DNA of 64,000 nucleotides, from contig CAVIDY010000006.1 of NCBI GenBank assembly GCA_963641885.1, forward strand, positions 5,574 through 69,573. Direction: 5' to 3'. Shown in pieces: positions 1 to 10,607 of this stretch. Numbering within the stretch: position 1 is the first letter of the stretch; each line of letters opens with the position of its first letter. The position numbers were made by a program, and so were the translations under genes. The stretch comes from Bacteroidaceae bacterium (GTDB taxonomy: Bacteria; Pseudomonadota; Alphaproteobacteria; RF32; CAG-239). The notes below the pieces were generated by a model, which did no database searches, was not told where the DNA came from, and saw only the letters and a list, made by a program, of their open reading frames with translations.

Positions 1-300
1 AGCTTCGTCAAAACAAGCGATTGCTTCTTTATATAGACCACGCATACTTAACGTTACGCCTTTATTATTCAAAACCTCTACAGACTTAGGATTGATAGCC
101 AATGCTTTATCAAAACATTCCACTGCGTCTGTGTATTTACTCATTTTTTGATATGCGAACCCTTGGCTGTTCATTGCTTTCCAAGCTCTTGGGTTTTCAG
201 CTATCACTTCTGCAAATTTTTGGATAGCTTCTTCATATTGACCGGCGTCTAAAAGTTCCTGACCCCTTTTGTATGCTGTGTTTTCGTTTAATTTAACCAT
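1..300 (-). CDS. TPR-repeat protein, N-terminal part (gene runs off the left edge)
   Basis: Not in the ORF track. The reverse complement of 1-300 reads MVKLNENTAYKRGQELLDAGQYEEAIQKFAEVIAENPRAWKAMNSQGFAYQKMSKYTDAVECFDKALAINPKSVEVLNNKGV..., which is consecutive 34-aa TPR-like units. It lies downstream of MoxR/DUF58 on the same strand. Confidence 0.6.
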   Translation of the reverse strand, partial: MVKLNENTAYKRGQELLDAGQYEEAIQKFAEVIAENPRAWKAMNSQGFAYQKMSKYTDAVECFDKALAINPKSVEVLNNKGVTLSMRGLYKEAIACFDEA

Positions 301-374
301 TTTTACCTCTTTTATTATACAATAATAATACTTCTGTAAGTGTTAGCACAATAATGTTATTATGTCAAGTTTTT

Positions 375-1295
375 TTACATTAAGCGTAACTGCTTGAAAC
401 TAGGAATATATGTGCGAATTTCGATATATTTGCACAAAAATTTTTGGCAATTTCTTCTAATATTTTCTCGATTTTGGGCAAAATATTGCCGATAATCAGC
501 GTCAAATAGTTTAGATGCGCTGTTGAAAACAAGTTCTTCGCCCTTATACACCGCCGCATATTCGCCTTTGGGCGGAGCGTTTTCTTCCAGCTTGTCAAAT
601 ATATTCACGCAATACACTTTATTGTTTTTCGCCAACGCCGCCAGATTTTTAAACTGCTCGCCGCTAAAGTTATGGAAATCACTCAAAATAAAAATAGTTT
701 CCTGTCCTTTTTGATGATATTTCAAAGTCTTCAGCGCCGAGCTTAAATCTCCGCTTAAAGGATTATTCAAAACATTTTCACTGATTTCAGCAATTTTACT
801 AAATATCGCCATCAAATTTTTGATGCTGCTCTGCGGCTTATAATAATATGAATTTTCACCATCAAAAATCAAAATTCCAAAACGGTCTTTATTGCGAACT
901 GAAAGCCAGCCAAGCAAAGCCGCGATTTTTGCCGCCGTCACCGATTTAAACTCTTTTTTGGTACCAAAAACCATTGTCGCCGACAAATCCAGCAACACAT
1001 TGATAACCCTATCTTTTTCCTCGGCATATACTTTGGTAAACGGCTCTTGCTTGCGGGCTGTAATACGCCAGTCTATATCGCGGATATCGTCGCCAAAATT
1101 ATAGGCGCGCACCTCTTCCAGCTCTATACCCCTGCCCTTAAACGCCGATTTTACATTTCCGGCTTGAGCCGAAGTCAAAAAATTCTGCCTCTGCTGCAAA
1201 TATGGCAAATACCGCTGCTGCTCAATCAGCTCCGGCACTGTCACCGCCAAACCAGTTTTGTTGTTCTGCTTTTTATCTTTTTTAAAAAACAGCAT
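375..1295 (-). CDS. DUF58 family protein (vWA-like MoxR partner)
   Basis: 306-aa ORF with the motif DDIRDIDWRITARKQEPFTKVYAEEKD. It starts 12 nt after the MoxR stop on the same strand. Confidence 0.8.
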   Translation of the reverse strand: MLFFKKDKKQNNKTGLAVTVPELIEQQRYLPYLQQRQNFLTSAQAGNVKSAFKGRGIELEEVRAYNFGDDIRDIDWRITARKQEPFTKVYAEEKDRVINVLLDLSATMVFGTKKEFKSVTAAKIAALLGWLSVRNKDRFGILIFDGENSYYYKPQSSIKNLMAIFSKIAEISENVLNNPLSGDLSSALKTLKYHQKGQETIFILSDFHNFSGEQFKNLAALAKNNKVYCVNIFDKLEENAPPKGEYAAVYKGEELVFNSASKLFDADYRQYFAQNRENIRRNCQKFLCKYIEIRTYIPSFKQLRLM

Positions 1296-1307
1296 AATCG
1301 TAATCCT

Positions 1308-2297
1308 TTATGGCAGCGGCACAATTTTCAGCAAACGAGTGATAATATCATCTGCCGAAAGTCCCGAAGCCTGCGCCTCAAAGCTCAATATAATTCTATG
1401 GCGCAGCACATCATAAACCACCGCATGCACATCTTCCGGCGTCACAAAATCGCGACCTGCCAGCCATGCGTTGATTTTGGCGCATTTATCCAAAGCTATG
1501 GTGGCACGAGGACTAGCACCGAAAGCAATGGTATTTTTCAAAGATTCGTCATATTTTTCCGGATGGCGGGTTGCCATAATCAACTGAATCAAATATTCTT
1601 CAACCGAATCGCTGCAATGAATTTTATACGCTTCCTGACGCGCGGCAAACACATCTTCAGCCTTAATCGAACCGAATTTAACTTTGAATTGCGCCAAACT
1701 ATCAGCCGCTGTCTGCGTGCTGTTTTCCTCATTGCGCACTAATTGCAAAATTTTACGCTCGGTAGCGGCTTCCGGCTGGTCAATTTTGATATACATCAAA
1801 AATCGGTCAAGCTGTGCTTCCGGCAAATTATATGTGCCTTCGTGCTCAATTGGGTTCTGCGTTGCCATCACCATAAACAGTTTCGGCAGTTTATATTGCT
1901 TTCCGCCCACACTGACCTGACGTTCTGCCATAGCTTCCAGCAAAGCCGACTGCACTTTTGCAGGCGCGCGGTTAATTTCATCTGCCAGCACCAAATTAGC
2001 AAAAATCGGTCCTTTTCTAAACTCAAACTGTCCGGTTGACGCCACATAAATATCGCTGCCGGTAATATCCGACGGCAGCAAATCCGGCGTAAATTGAATA
2101 CGACTGTAAGCCGCCTCAATACACTCCGACAAAGTTTTTATAGCCTTGGTTTTAGCTAACCCCGGAGCGCCTTCCACCAATGCATGCCCATCGGCAAGCA
2201 TGGTAATAATCAGTTTGCGGACAAGTTCTTCCTGCCCCAAAATCCGGCTTTCCATAAACTGTTTCAAGTTGGTGATTTTATCTCTGACTTCTGACAT
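1308..2297 (-). CDS. MoxR-family AAA+ ATPase
   Basis: 329 aa. Walker A is LVEGAPGLAKT, and ...VMATQNPIEHEGTYNLPEAQLDRF is typical of MoxR/RavA-like ATPases. Confidence 0.9.
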   Translation of the reverse strand: MSEVRDKITNLKQFMESRILGQEELVRKLIITMLADGHALVEGAPGLAKTKAIKTLSECIEAAYSRIQFTPDLLPSDITGSDIYVASTGQFEFRKGPIFANLVLADEINRAPAKVQSALLEAMAERQVSVGGKQYKLPKLFMVMATQNPIEHEGTYNLPEAQLDRFLMYIKIDQPEAATERKILQLVRNEENSTQTAADSLAQFKVKFGSIKAEDVFAARQEAYKIHCSDSVEEYLIQLIMATRHPEKYDESLKNTIAFGASPRATIALDKCAKINAWLAGRDFVTPEDVHAVVYDVLRHRIILSFEAQASGLSADDIITRLLKIVPLP

Positions 2298-2404
2298 TTT
2301 ACGCCTCTCAAAAAATTGTACGCAAGTCTAAATAAAGACTTTTCTTTCTCTTATATTTACGATATATAAGTTTTAAAAATGTTAAAAACAAGAAGATTTC
2401 AAAA

Positions 2405-4747
2405 ATGAGCGATATATTTGATTTAGACGACAGCAGCTGCGCGCCGCAGCTTTATGACAATATCAGCGCTTTGCGCCCGTCCGCCCCGTGGCTGAACGAA
2501 CTCAATCCGGAGCAAAGACAGGCTGTGGAAACAACCGAAGGTCCATTGCTGGTACTTTCGGGCGCAGGTACGGGCAAAACCAAGGTTTTAACCACCCGTT
2601 TAGCCTATATTTTGACTATGCAGAAGGCGCAGCCGTGGAATTGTTTGGTTGTCACTTTTACCAACCGCGCCGCCAAAGAAATGAAAGAGCGCGTGCAAAG
2701 TCTTATCGGCGATGTGGCAAACAGCGTATGGCTCGGCACATTTCACAGTATCTGCGTCAAAATTTTGCGCGCGCACGCCGAAGTGGTAGGTCTGCATTCT
2801 AACTTTACAATTTTAGGCGAAGACGATCAAAAGCGTCTGATTAAGCAAATTTGCGAAGCTTCCGGCATTGACGAGAAAAAATATCCGGCGCAAAGCCTGA
2901 TGGAAAGAATTGCCCGCCTCAAAGACAAAGGCATAACCGTTGATAAAGCTGAGCAGGAATACCGCTCAAACACCCTTTTAGAAGTCTATAAAAAATATCA
3001 AGCCCGTTTGGTAGAACTGAATTGCGTTGACTTTGGCGATATTCTACTGGATACGCTCACTATTTTAATGTCCGATGCCGAAATTTTGCGCAAATACCAA
3101 GAAAAATTCAAATACATTATGGTGGATGAGTATCAAGACACTAATGTTACACAATATCTGTTTTTACGCCTGCTTTCACAGAAATACCGCAATTTGTGCT
3201 GCGTGGGTGATGACGACCAATCCATTTACTCGTGGCGCGGCGCGGAAATTGAAAACATTATGCGCTTTCAAAAAGATTTTGAGGATGCCAAAGTTATCCG
3301 TTTGGAGCGCAACTATCGTTCCACAGCCAACATTTTGAACGCTGCCTCGGCTCTGATAGCACATAACTCCACCCGTTTGGGCAAAACTCTGCGCGTGGCG
3401 GAAAATAGTCCGGCATGCCAAAGCACTAATGAAAAAATCAAGGTGTTAAGCATTTACAGTGGCGAAGAAGAAGCCAAATGGATTGCCTCGGAAATTGAGC
3501 GCCTGCACCGTGACGGACACTCCTACTCCGATTTTGCGGTTTTGGTGCGCACGGCTTTTCAAACCCGCGAATTTGAAGAAAAATTTATCAGCGAGGCTAT
3601 ACCTTATCAGGTTATCGGCGGACCAAAGTTCTATGAACGCGCCGAAATCCGTGATTTATTGGCTTATTTCCGTGTTATATTGCAGCCCAGCGACGATTTG
3701 GCGTTTGAGCGCATTATCAACAAGCCAGCGCGCGGTATTGGCGCCAAAACCATAGAAAAGCTGCAAGACACCGCCCGCGGCAATCACACTTCTATGTTTG
3801 CGGCGGTCAATATTCTGCTGGAAAACGGCGGACTGAGCGGTAAAGCCAAGGCAAATTTAAGCGAGCTTATGACTAAATTCTCCGAATGGCAGCGCACCGC
3901 CAACGCTGTATCGCCTAATGATTTAGCCGAGCAGGTTTTGGAAGAGTCCGGCTATTTGGAAATGTTGAAAAATGATACTTCTCCCGACGCTTCGGGGCGT
4001 ATTGAAAACTTAAAAGAGCTGGTCGGCGTGATGAGCGACACCGAAAACTATCCGAATTTGGCGGAGTTTTTGGAGCATGTCAGTCTGGTAATGGATAACG
4101 ACAACGCAGTAGACACCAACAAAGTAATGCTGATTACCCTGCACTCCGCCAAAGGTTTGGAATTCAACATTGTCTTTTTGCCGGGGTGGGAAGAAGGCTT
4201 GTTTCCGCACCAAAAAAGCCTTGACGAAGGCGGTGCCAACTCGCTGGAAGAAGAACGCCGTTTGGCGTATGTGGCAATCACCCGCGCCAAGCAAAAGCTT
4301 TATATCACTACCACTTATTGCCGCCGCGTTTACGGGCAATGGCAAAACAATATGCCGTCACGCTTTTTGAACGAAATTCCAACTTCCACGCTGGATATTG
4401 TCAACCAAACCAGCAGCTGCTATAATGGCGGAGGTTCTGGATATAACTCTTATGGTAGCAACAGCGGCTATAATAGCGGATACAAAAAATACAGCAGCAA
4501 ATACAATAATAAGCCGAAATTTTCCACCAAGCCAAGCTACCAAGCCGACTATGACTATGAACCTGACGATTACGCCGATTATGATTCATATCAAAGCAGC
4601 AAAGCCTCCAGCCTGATTGGCGTCAGAGTATATCATGAAAGTTTCGGCTACGGTAAAATAACCAATGTAGAGGGACAAACCTGCGAAGTGGATTTTGAAA
4701 AATTCGGTCGCCGCAAAATTATGGGTACTTATTTAAGAAGAGCCTGA
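2405..4747 (+). CDS. uvrD: UvrD/PcrA-family ATP-dependent DNA helicase
   Basis: 780 aa. Contains GAGTGKT (Walker A), DEYQDTN (motif II), VGDDDQSIYSWRGA and TLHSAKGLEF. A G/S/Y/N low-complexity linker precedes a small C-terminal domain. Confidence 0.9.
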   Translation: MSDIFDLDDSSCAPQLYDNISALRPSAPWLNELNPEQRQAVETTEGPLLVLSGAGTGKTKVLTTRLAYILTMQKAQPWNCLVVTFTNRAAKEMKERVQSLIGDVANSVWLGTFHSICVKILRAHAEVVGLHSNFTILGEDDQKRLIKQICEASGIDEKKYPAQSLMERIARLKDKGITVDKAEQEYRSNTLLEVYKKYQARLVELNCVDFGDILLDTLTILMSDAEILRKYQEKFKYIMVDEYQDTNVTQYLFLRLLSQKYRNLCCVGDDDQSIYSWRGAEIENIMRFQKDFEDAKVIRLERNYRSTANILNAASALIAHNSTRLGKTLRVAENSPACQSTNEKIKVLSIYSGEEEAKWIASEIERLHRDGHSYSDFAVLVRTAFQTREFEEKFISEAIPYQVIGGPKFYERAEIRDLLAYFRVILQPSDDLAFERIINKPARGIGAKTIEKLQDTARGNHTSMFAAVNILLENGGLSGKAKANLSELMTKFSEWQRTANAVSPNDLAEQVLEESGYLEMLKNDTSPDASGRIENLKELVGVMSDTENYPNLAEFLEHVSLVMDNDNAVDTNKVMLITLHSAKGLEFNIVFLPGWEEGLFPHQKSLDEGGANSLEEERRLAYVAITRAKQKLYITTTYCRRVYGQWQNNMPSRFLNEIPTSTLDIVNQTSSCYNGGGSGYNSYGSNSGYNSGYKKYSSKYNNKPKFSTKPSYQADYDYEPDDYADYDSYQSSKASSLIGVRVYHESFGYGKITNVEGQTCEVDFEKFGRRKIMGTYLRRA

Positions 4748-4850
4748 TTTTGTGATATATAACTGCTCATAAGTCTAAAAAAATCTTTGCTATTTAAGAG
4801 GAAACCTGTATGATTAAGGCAAATTATTAACCTCTCAGCGGAGAAATTTT

Positions 4851-7800
4851 ATGCGGACTAAATTTATAAAACTTGCAGCTATCGCCTTTATTTGCACCAC
4901 AACTGCACGGGTGTCGCAGGCATATAACCTGTCGCCGATATCGTTTGAAAATTTCTACCGCATTGCCGCAGATGGAGATTTGCAAGGGCTGAAAGACGTG
5001 CAACGCCGCGGTCTGAACCTTGACTCTACAAATATGCACGGCGACACGGCGGTATGCGTTGCAATAAAAAGACAAGACTATCTAGCTTATAAAACGCTTA
5101 TCCGCGCCGGAGCAAAAAGCAATCCGGATTGTGTTGAGAGCATACCAGAATATGCCCATAAAAACTTTTTAGCCAACTATAATCAAAAATACGCCGCACC
5201 GAAAACTCCGACTAATTGGACCAAGAACGGCACCGCCTTTTTGGTTGGCGGAGGCATCGCCGCCGGTATTGTGGCATTAGCTGGTTCAGGCGGTGGCGGC
5301 GGAGGCAGCAAAGGCAGCAGCAATGCCGATGATGCATCCAACACAGCCAAATGCGACTTAAACCCTTGTGCTGAAGGCTGCTATGAAAACATTACCTGCG
5401 CAGCAGGCTATCAATGTACACAATATGAATCCAAATGCAATTTAGGCTGCACCAAATGCGAACAAAAGCCGGAATGCGCAAATGTTCCCGAATGCACTAA
5501 AGGCTGCTACACCAATTTAACCTGCCAGTCCGGCTATACCTGCACAAAATACAACAAATGCAGTGGCTGTGACAAATGTGAAAAAGTAACCGAAATACCT
5601 GACACTTCAAATTCCCGCAACTGTAAAGATTTTAACAGCTCTAAAAACTACTGCAACACTTGCGATGACGGCTATACCTCAGTTAACGGCTCATGCAAGC
5701 AGAGTGCTCCGGAACATTGCAGCAACTATGATGTATCCAGTGAAACCTGCTCAGTTTGCGAAACTGGCTATAAACTATCAGCAAACAAACGCGTTTGTTT
5801 GGTTGACGCAGAAATTGACCCCACAACCTGCACCGCGGCAAACTATCCGCTGCAAAGTTGTCCGACCAACGCGCAAACCTGCGACAACTGCACGCCGACA
5901 GGCGCAACTTCGCCGATTTATAAAATCAACGCCTGCAAAACCGGCTACACTCTCAGTTCCGACAAAAAATCATGTGACGCCATTCCGGCCGGAACCTGCA
6001 CCGCTGCGAATTATCCCCTGACCACCGCTCCAACCAATGCGGCTTATGAATCCTGCCTCGACGGCTCTACGCCACGCTACAGAATAACCTCCTGCAACAC
6101 TGGTTACACACTCTCTTCCGACGGCAAATCATGCGTTGTAGATTCAACGAAAACATGCAACACTACTATATACCCTTTAACTTCATGTCCGAGCAATGCC
6201 TTTTGCCTTAATTGCACTGACTCCTCCGGCACACACTATTTAATATCACAGTGCACAAATGGCACAAATCCATCAGCGGACAATACCAGATGCGAAACTA
6301 CTTGTGATACCACATCATATCCGCTTTCCGCTTGTCCGGCTGGAGCCGTTTGTGGCAGCTGCACTGATGCAAACGGTACGCATAACAAATTTTTGAAATG
6401 TATGGCTGGCTACACGCAAGATGGCTTAAATGAAGCCTGCGTTCAACAACAAATCACCGAAAACTCTACAGATGTGATAAATGATACACAGCTGACGGTT
6501 TCAGGAGCAAACAGCACTATTGTAGATACAACAACCGTTAAAAAATGGCGTTTAGGTTTTACAAACTATACAGCAGATGGAAAAACCGTAAATTCAAATT
6601 TGTATAACGCCTATAGCACAGATGCTTCCATTACCATAAATCAAGATAATTTTGACAGTAATTTGCCTTTAGCCGGACTTGCTTCAATGTATTCAAACAT
6701 TCCGGTTACCATAAACGCTTATAAGCATTCCGGAACTATCAATATAACCACCAACAGCAACAATATTGTATATGGAATTCTATCTTCTGGAACCGCCTAC
6801 AACTCCTATAACGGTAACGGAACAATTAAACTTATCCGTAATTTTACGGATAGTAACGAGCAAGGTTACAGACTGGTAGGAATGGGCGTAAATTATGAAT
6901 ATTTAAATGACATATCGGGATTAGGGCAAAAAGCTCGACACACAGATTACGAAAAGACTTTTTTGTATAATGCTTTTGGCGGAACTGGTTTGATTCAGAT
7001 AGAAGCAACTCAAGGTGAAATCATCGGAATGCGCGGTGAAAATGCCATAAACGCTGCGGAAGGCGGAAGCGGTACAATTAAATTAACTGGTTATAAAAAA
7101 CTTTATGGCATAGGATATAATGATAATGCTGATAACAATACTTCAATAAAAATAAACGCTTACTCCTCAAACAATCAAGACACTGTCGGAAAAATTGTTA
7201 TCAATAATAATAATTTAGATTCAGTTGGTGTCGGCACTGCCGTTGGAATATATAGTAATAATTTGGCTGCTTATAATGCCTACGGAAAAGGTGCGATTGG
7301 ATACATAACCATAAACGGTGCGGGTATCGGTATGCATAACGGTAACAATGCCGGCAACGAAGGAACCGGATATATAACCATAAACACTAATGTTGAAAAT
7401 CAAAAACTTTACGAGATTATCGGCATTGAAGGAAGCCAAATTCGCAAAACGAATTACAATGGGGTCGGAACAGGCAGTAAAGGCTATATAGACATTACAG
7501 TTGATAAAGAAATTACAAAGGGTGTTAATGATGATTACACCGAAGCTGTATATGGAGTAAAAGATAATGTCGACAACGGTTCGCCGGACGGCGGTGTGGG
7601 AAGCATCACCATTACCGACACCGGAAACAACAACATAATCGGTATCAACGGCGGCGGAAACCATAAAAATTCCGTTGTCAAAATAAAAAGCAATGCGGAC
7701 AGCACCAAATCCATTTACGGCATCACAGACATTTCGCTTGATACCAGTAGAAAGGCAACCCTGACTGCATTTACCAATCAAAACTACGGTACGATTAATA

Positions 7801-10550
7801 TAACTTTACGTGACAGCGGTAATGCCTACGGAATATACGCGTCTGAAAATGTGCTAAATTCCGGTAATATTACCATAACAAATTCAAGAGATGATTCCAC
7901 ATCCCAAGCCTATGGTATTTATTCTGTAACTCCAAACAATAATAATTTAAACACCGGAAGCATCATTTTAGAATATGGAATAAAAACTGTAGGTCTGGTA
8001 AATGTTAATAACGGTATCGGCGGTTATATAAATTTGTCACCTGTTGGACCATTATATACATACGTTCCTGCAACCTCATATTTTTATAAATCCGAAGCTA
8101 CAGGTATTTTAGCCTCACGCCCTAATAATTACAGCGCTGATGAAATAATAACCATTACAAATGGTTCTGCTGCTTCACCAGCAACGTCTGCGTCAGATTC
8201 AAAAAATGGCTACATATTCATCACTGGTTCAGGAAGAAATCAAAATAAAGATTCTGCTGATAGCGAGGCATTACCTAATCTTGTCGGTATACGCGGAGCG
8301 ACTAATACAAATATTTTTAACTACGGAGTAATCTCTTTATCTGGGAACAGCATTGCAGGAATACTAAATGAATATTCAGGAAAAATTTATAACTATGGTT
8401 TTGTAAATATAGTAACAAAACTCTCTACTGCTCTTGGAATCTACGGCAGCTCTGATACAGAAATTTATAACGAAAAGGATATTATACTCACATCCTCTAT
8501 GGGAGCATATGCCAATAGGCGCTGGTACGGAATTTATGGAGGAACTGCTACAAATAATGGTACTATCACAATGAATATCAATGATGGCTACGAAGCAAAA
8601 GCTATGAGCGGAACTATAGTTACAAATAATGGCAATATACTTTTCAACACTACTTCCGCCACAGCTTCTCTAGGCATAAGTAATAATAGTTATAAAAATT
8701 CATATTTAACAAATAATGGAAATATACAAATCAATAGCGGTTCATACTTTACATACGGTATTTATGCTATTTATGGTGAATTGTCAGACAATACATACTC
8801 TGTAACCGCAATAAACAGCAAAACCGGCACTATTTCTATAGACAATATTTCTGCATATACTGCATATGGAATGTACGCCGATAATAAAGCTCTAATACAA
8901 AATAGCGGAAAAATAACTATCAATAATTCCGCTAATGCTAGAGGAATGTCTGCTGATGAAGGCAGTACAGCCCAAAATGATGGCAGTATAACACTTGATA
9001 ATATAACCGGTAATGCATACGGCATCTATTCAAACGCATCTAATGTTGTTAATACTGGCAGCATCACCCTTACAGATGTAGATGAGAGCAACTCTTATGG
9101 TATTTACGCCGTAAACGGCTCTAAGGTTTATAACAGCGGGACGATAACCATCAACGGCGAGTCCTATAACAAAAACGAAGCTGACGGCAAATTTATTTAT
9201 ATAGACAACACCTCATCTATGGTAAATGAAGGTGAAATTTCGACTACCTCCCTTTTTGACACGAACGCTTTAGGCGGCGGAAAATTTGCATTGAGCAAAA
9301 ACGGAAAAATCAGCGCACCAAAAGTGAAAGGCACTATCACGGCTGATGCGGAAATCACTTCCGGCGGATTTGATAAAACTTATGCCAACACCGACGCTTT
9401 TTCCGGCGACACCAGCGAAGTTAAGCTCAATTCCGGCTCCGCCCTGTTTGATGTGACGCTCAAAGACAACGACATTGTCATGACTATGAAAGATTTTGAC
9501 GAGGTTGTAGACGACAAATCACTCGCAGCTTATCTGCAGCGCAACTATGACGCCAAACGCAACGAAGATTTGTTTAACTCACTCAAACTCCACGCCACAG
9601 CAAGCTCGCTGAACAATTCGCTGAATCAACAGCTTGGTTTTAGTCTGCTGCCTAACTTTGCGCAAGAAAATATGAATGTCTTTCGCAGCCTGTCCAACCT
9701 TGTAACAGACACTATGTTTGCGCAAGATTTAACCAACGAGCGTATGATGGTCGGCTATGACTATCTCGGTCAAGATCGTTCGAACAAAGGTCGAGTAACC
9801 GGCTATGAAAACACAGCCAACAGCGCTTATTTCCTCGCCGACACCAAGCTGAACAACCGCCAGCGCTTTGGCTTGGGCGTCGCCCTCACCCGCTTCAACT
9901 CGGACTATGACGATGACTCCAGCCGCAAAGCCACATTGGCTCAAGCTTTGGCTTCTTATATGCATGACTTTGGCAACAGCTGGAAATACGCAGGCTTGCT
10001 GCGCGCCGGTTATGCCGACGGCGACTATAAACGCCAAAACAACGGCACTCGCATCAGCGGCGATACCAGCGATATTTTATATGGCTTTAACAACGAACTG
10101 CGTTACAGCTATGACCTTGGTCTTGCTGTGTTGGAACCGCAGTTGGAACTAAACGCTTCCGGCTATTATCAGCGCAAAATCAAAGAAGACAACGCTAAAA
10201 CCGATGCATTGCAAATTAAAGGCACAAACAACCTGTCGCTGGAAAGCGGCGCCGGTTTATATCTTAGCAAAGAAGCGGTTTACGGCGAAAACGGACACGT
10301 AAAAGGACGATTGGGCGGCAGCTATTACCGTGAATTATCGCAGCCGTATCACACCATGCGCGCCCGCGTTAACGACACCGAAGGCTACTACTTGATTGAA
10401 AGCACGGATATTTTTGACCGTGACAGAATAGTTGTGCGAGCCGACATCACTTTCAGCTGGAAAGCTCTCGACTTCTATCTGCGTGGCAGCCAGTTTATGG
10501 AAAACAAGCATACAACCGTCATCAACGCTGGTATTAAATATAACTTTTAA
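4851..10550 (+). CDS. Giant autotransporter-type outer-membrane protein (signal peptide, ankyrin repeat, Gly-rich hydrophobic segment, Cys-rich modules, repetitive passenger, C-terminal beta-barrel)
   Basis: 1899 aa. N-terminus MRTKFIKLAAIAFICTTTARVSQA is a signal peptide. ANK-like HGDTAVCVAIKRQDYLAYKTLIRAGAKSN. Long G/N/T/I-rich passenger with YGI/GIY repeats. The C-terminal ~290 aa have an alternating beta-strand pattern ending ...NAGIKYNF (terminal aromatic). Confidence 0.8.
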   Translation: MRTKFIKLAAIAFICTTTARVSQAYNLSPISFENFYRIAADGDLQGLKDVQRRGLNLDSTNMHGDTAVCVAIKRQDYLAYKTLIRAGAKSNPDCVESIPEYAHKNFLANYNQKYAAPKTPTNWTKNGTAFLVGGGIAAGIVALAGSGGGGGGSKGSSNADDASNTAKCDLNPCAEGCYENITCAAGYQCTQYESKCNLGCTKCEQKPECANVPECTKGCYTNLTCQSGYTCTKYNKCSGCDKCEKVTEIPDTSNSRNCKDFNSSKNYCNTCDDGYTSVNGSCKQSAPEHCSNYDVSSETCSVCETGYKLSANKRVCLVDAEIDPTTCTAANYPLQSCPTNAQTCDNCTPTGATSPIYKINACKTGYTLSSDKKSCDAIPAGTCTAANYPLTTAPTNAAYESCLDGSTPRYRITSCNTGYTLSSDGKSCVVDSTKTCNTTIYPLTSCPSNAFCLNCTDSSGTHYLISQCTNGTNPSADNTRCETTCDTTSYPLSACPAGAVCGSCTDANGTHNKFLKCMAGYTQDGLNEACVQQQITENSTDVINDTQLTVSGANSTIVDTTTVKKWRLGFTNYTADGKTVNSNLYNAYSTDASITINQDNFDSNLPLAGLASMYSNIPVTINAYKHSGTINITTNSNNIVYGILSSGTAYNSYNGNGTIKLIRNFTDSNEQGYRLVGMGVNYEYLNDISGLGQKARHTDYEKTFLYNAFGGTGLIQIEATQGEIIGMRGENAINAAEGGSGTIKLTGYKKLYGIGYNDNADNNTSIKINAYSSNNQDTVGKIVINNNNLDSVGVGTAVGIYSNNLAAYNAYGKGAIGYITINGAGIGMHNGNNAGNEGTGYITINTNVENQKLYEIIGIEGSQIRKTNYNGVGTGSKGYIDITVDKEITKGVNDDYTEAVYGVKDNVDNGSPDGGVGSITITDTGNNNIIGINGGGNHKNSVVKIKSNADSTKSIYGITDISLDTSRKATLTAFTNQNYGTINITLRDSGNAYGIYASENVLNSGNITITNSRDDSTSQAYGIYSVTPNNNNLNTGSIILEYGIKTVGLVNVNNGIGGYINLSPVGPLYTYVPATSYFYKSEATGILASRPNNYSADEIITITNGSAASPATSASDSKNGYIFITGSGRNQNKDSADSEALPNLVGIRGATNTNIFNYGVISLSGNSIAGILNEYSGKIYNYGFVNIVTKLSTALGIYGSSDTEIYNEKDIILTSSMGAYANRRWYGIYGGTATNNGTITMNINDGYEAKAMSGTIVTNNGNILFNTTSATASLGISNNSYKNSYLTNNGNIQINSGSYFTYGIYAIYGELSDNTYSVTAINSKTGTISIDNISAYTAYGMYADNKALIQNSGKITINNSANARGMSADEGSTAQNDGSITLDNITGNAYGIYSNASNVVNTGSITLTDVDESNSYGIYAVNGSKVYNSGTITINGESYNKNEADGKFIYIDNTSSMVNEGEISTTSLFDTNALGGGKFALSKNGKISAPKVKGTITADAEITSGGFDKTYANTDAFSGDTSEVKLNSGSALFDVTLKDNDIVMTMKDFDEVVDDKSLAAYLQRNYDAKRNEDLFNSLKLHATASSLNNSLNQQLGFSLLPNFAQENMNVFRSLSNLVTDTMFAQDLTNERMMVGYDYLGQDRSNKGRVTGYENTANSAYFLADTKLNNRQRFGLGVALTRFNSDYDDDSSRKATLAQALASYMHDFGNSWKYAGLLRAGYADGDYKRQNNGTRISGDTSDILYGFNNELRYSYDLGLAVLEPQLELNASGYYQRKIKEDNAKTDALQIKGTNNLSLESGAGLYLSKEAVYGENGHVKGRLGGSYYRELSQPYHTMRARVNDTEGYYLIESTDIFDRDRIVVRADITFSWKALDFYLRGSQFMENKHTTVINAGIKYNF

Positions 10551-10557
10551 TCAGAAA

Positions 10558-10586
10558 TGAGGCGCCGCAAAATCAACGGCGCCTCA
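10558..10586. terminator. Bidirectional hairpin between convergent genes
   Basis: Perfect 10-bp stem tgaggcgccg / cggcgcctca with a 9-nt loop, between the autotransporter and arsR-like stops. Confidence 0.6.
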
Positions 10587-10607
10587 AATTTATCAAAAAT
10601 TTTGCTT

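Noticed and set aside
4385-4620. A G/S/Y/N-rich low-complexity tract in the UvrD C-terminus (SSCYNGGGSGYNSYGSNSGYNSGYKKYSSKYNN...), which might have been a gene fusion or frameshift.
   Set aside because: The reading frame is continuous and ends in a compact conserved-looking C-terminal domain (GVRVYHESFGYGKITNVEGQTCEVDFEKFGRRKI). A flexible linker before this domain is a normal UvrD-family feature.
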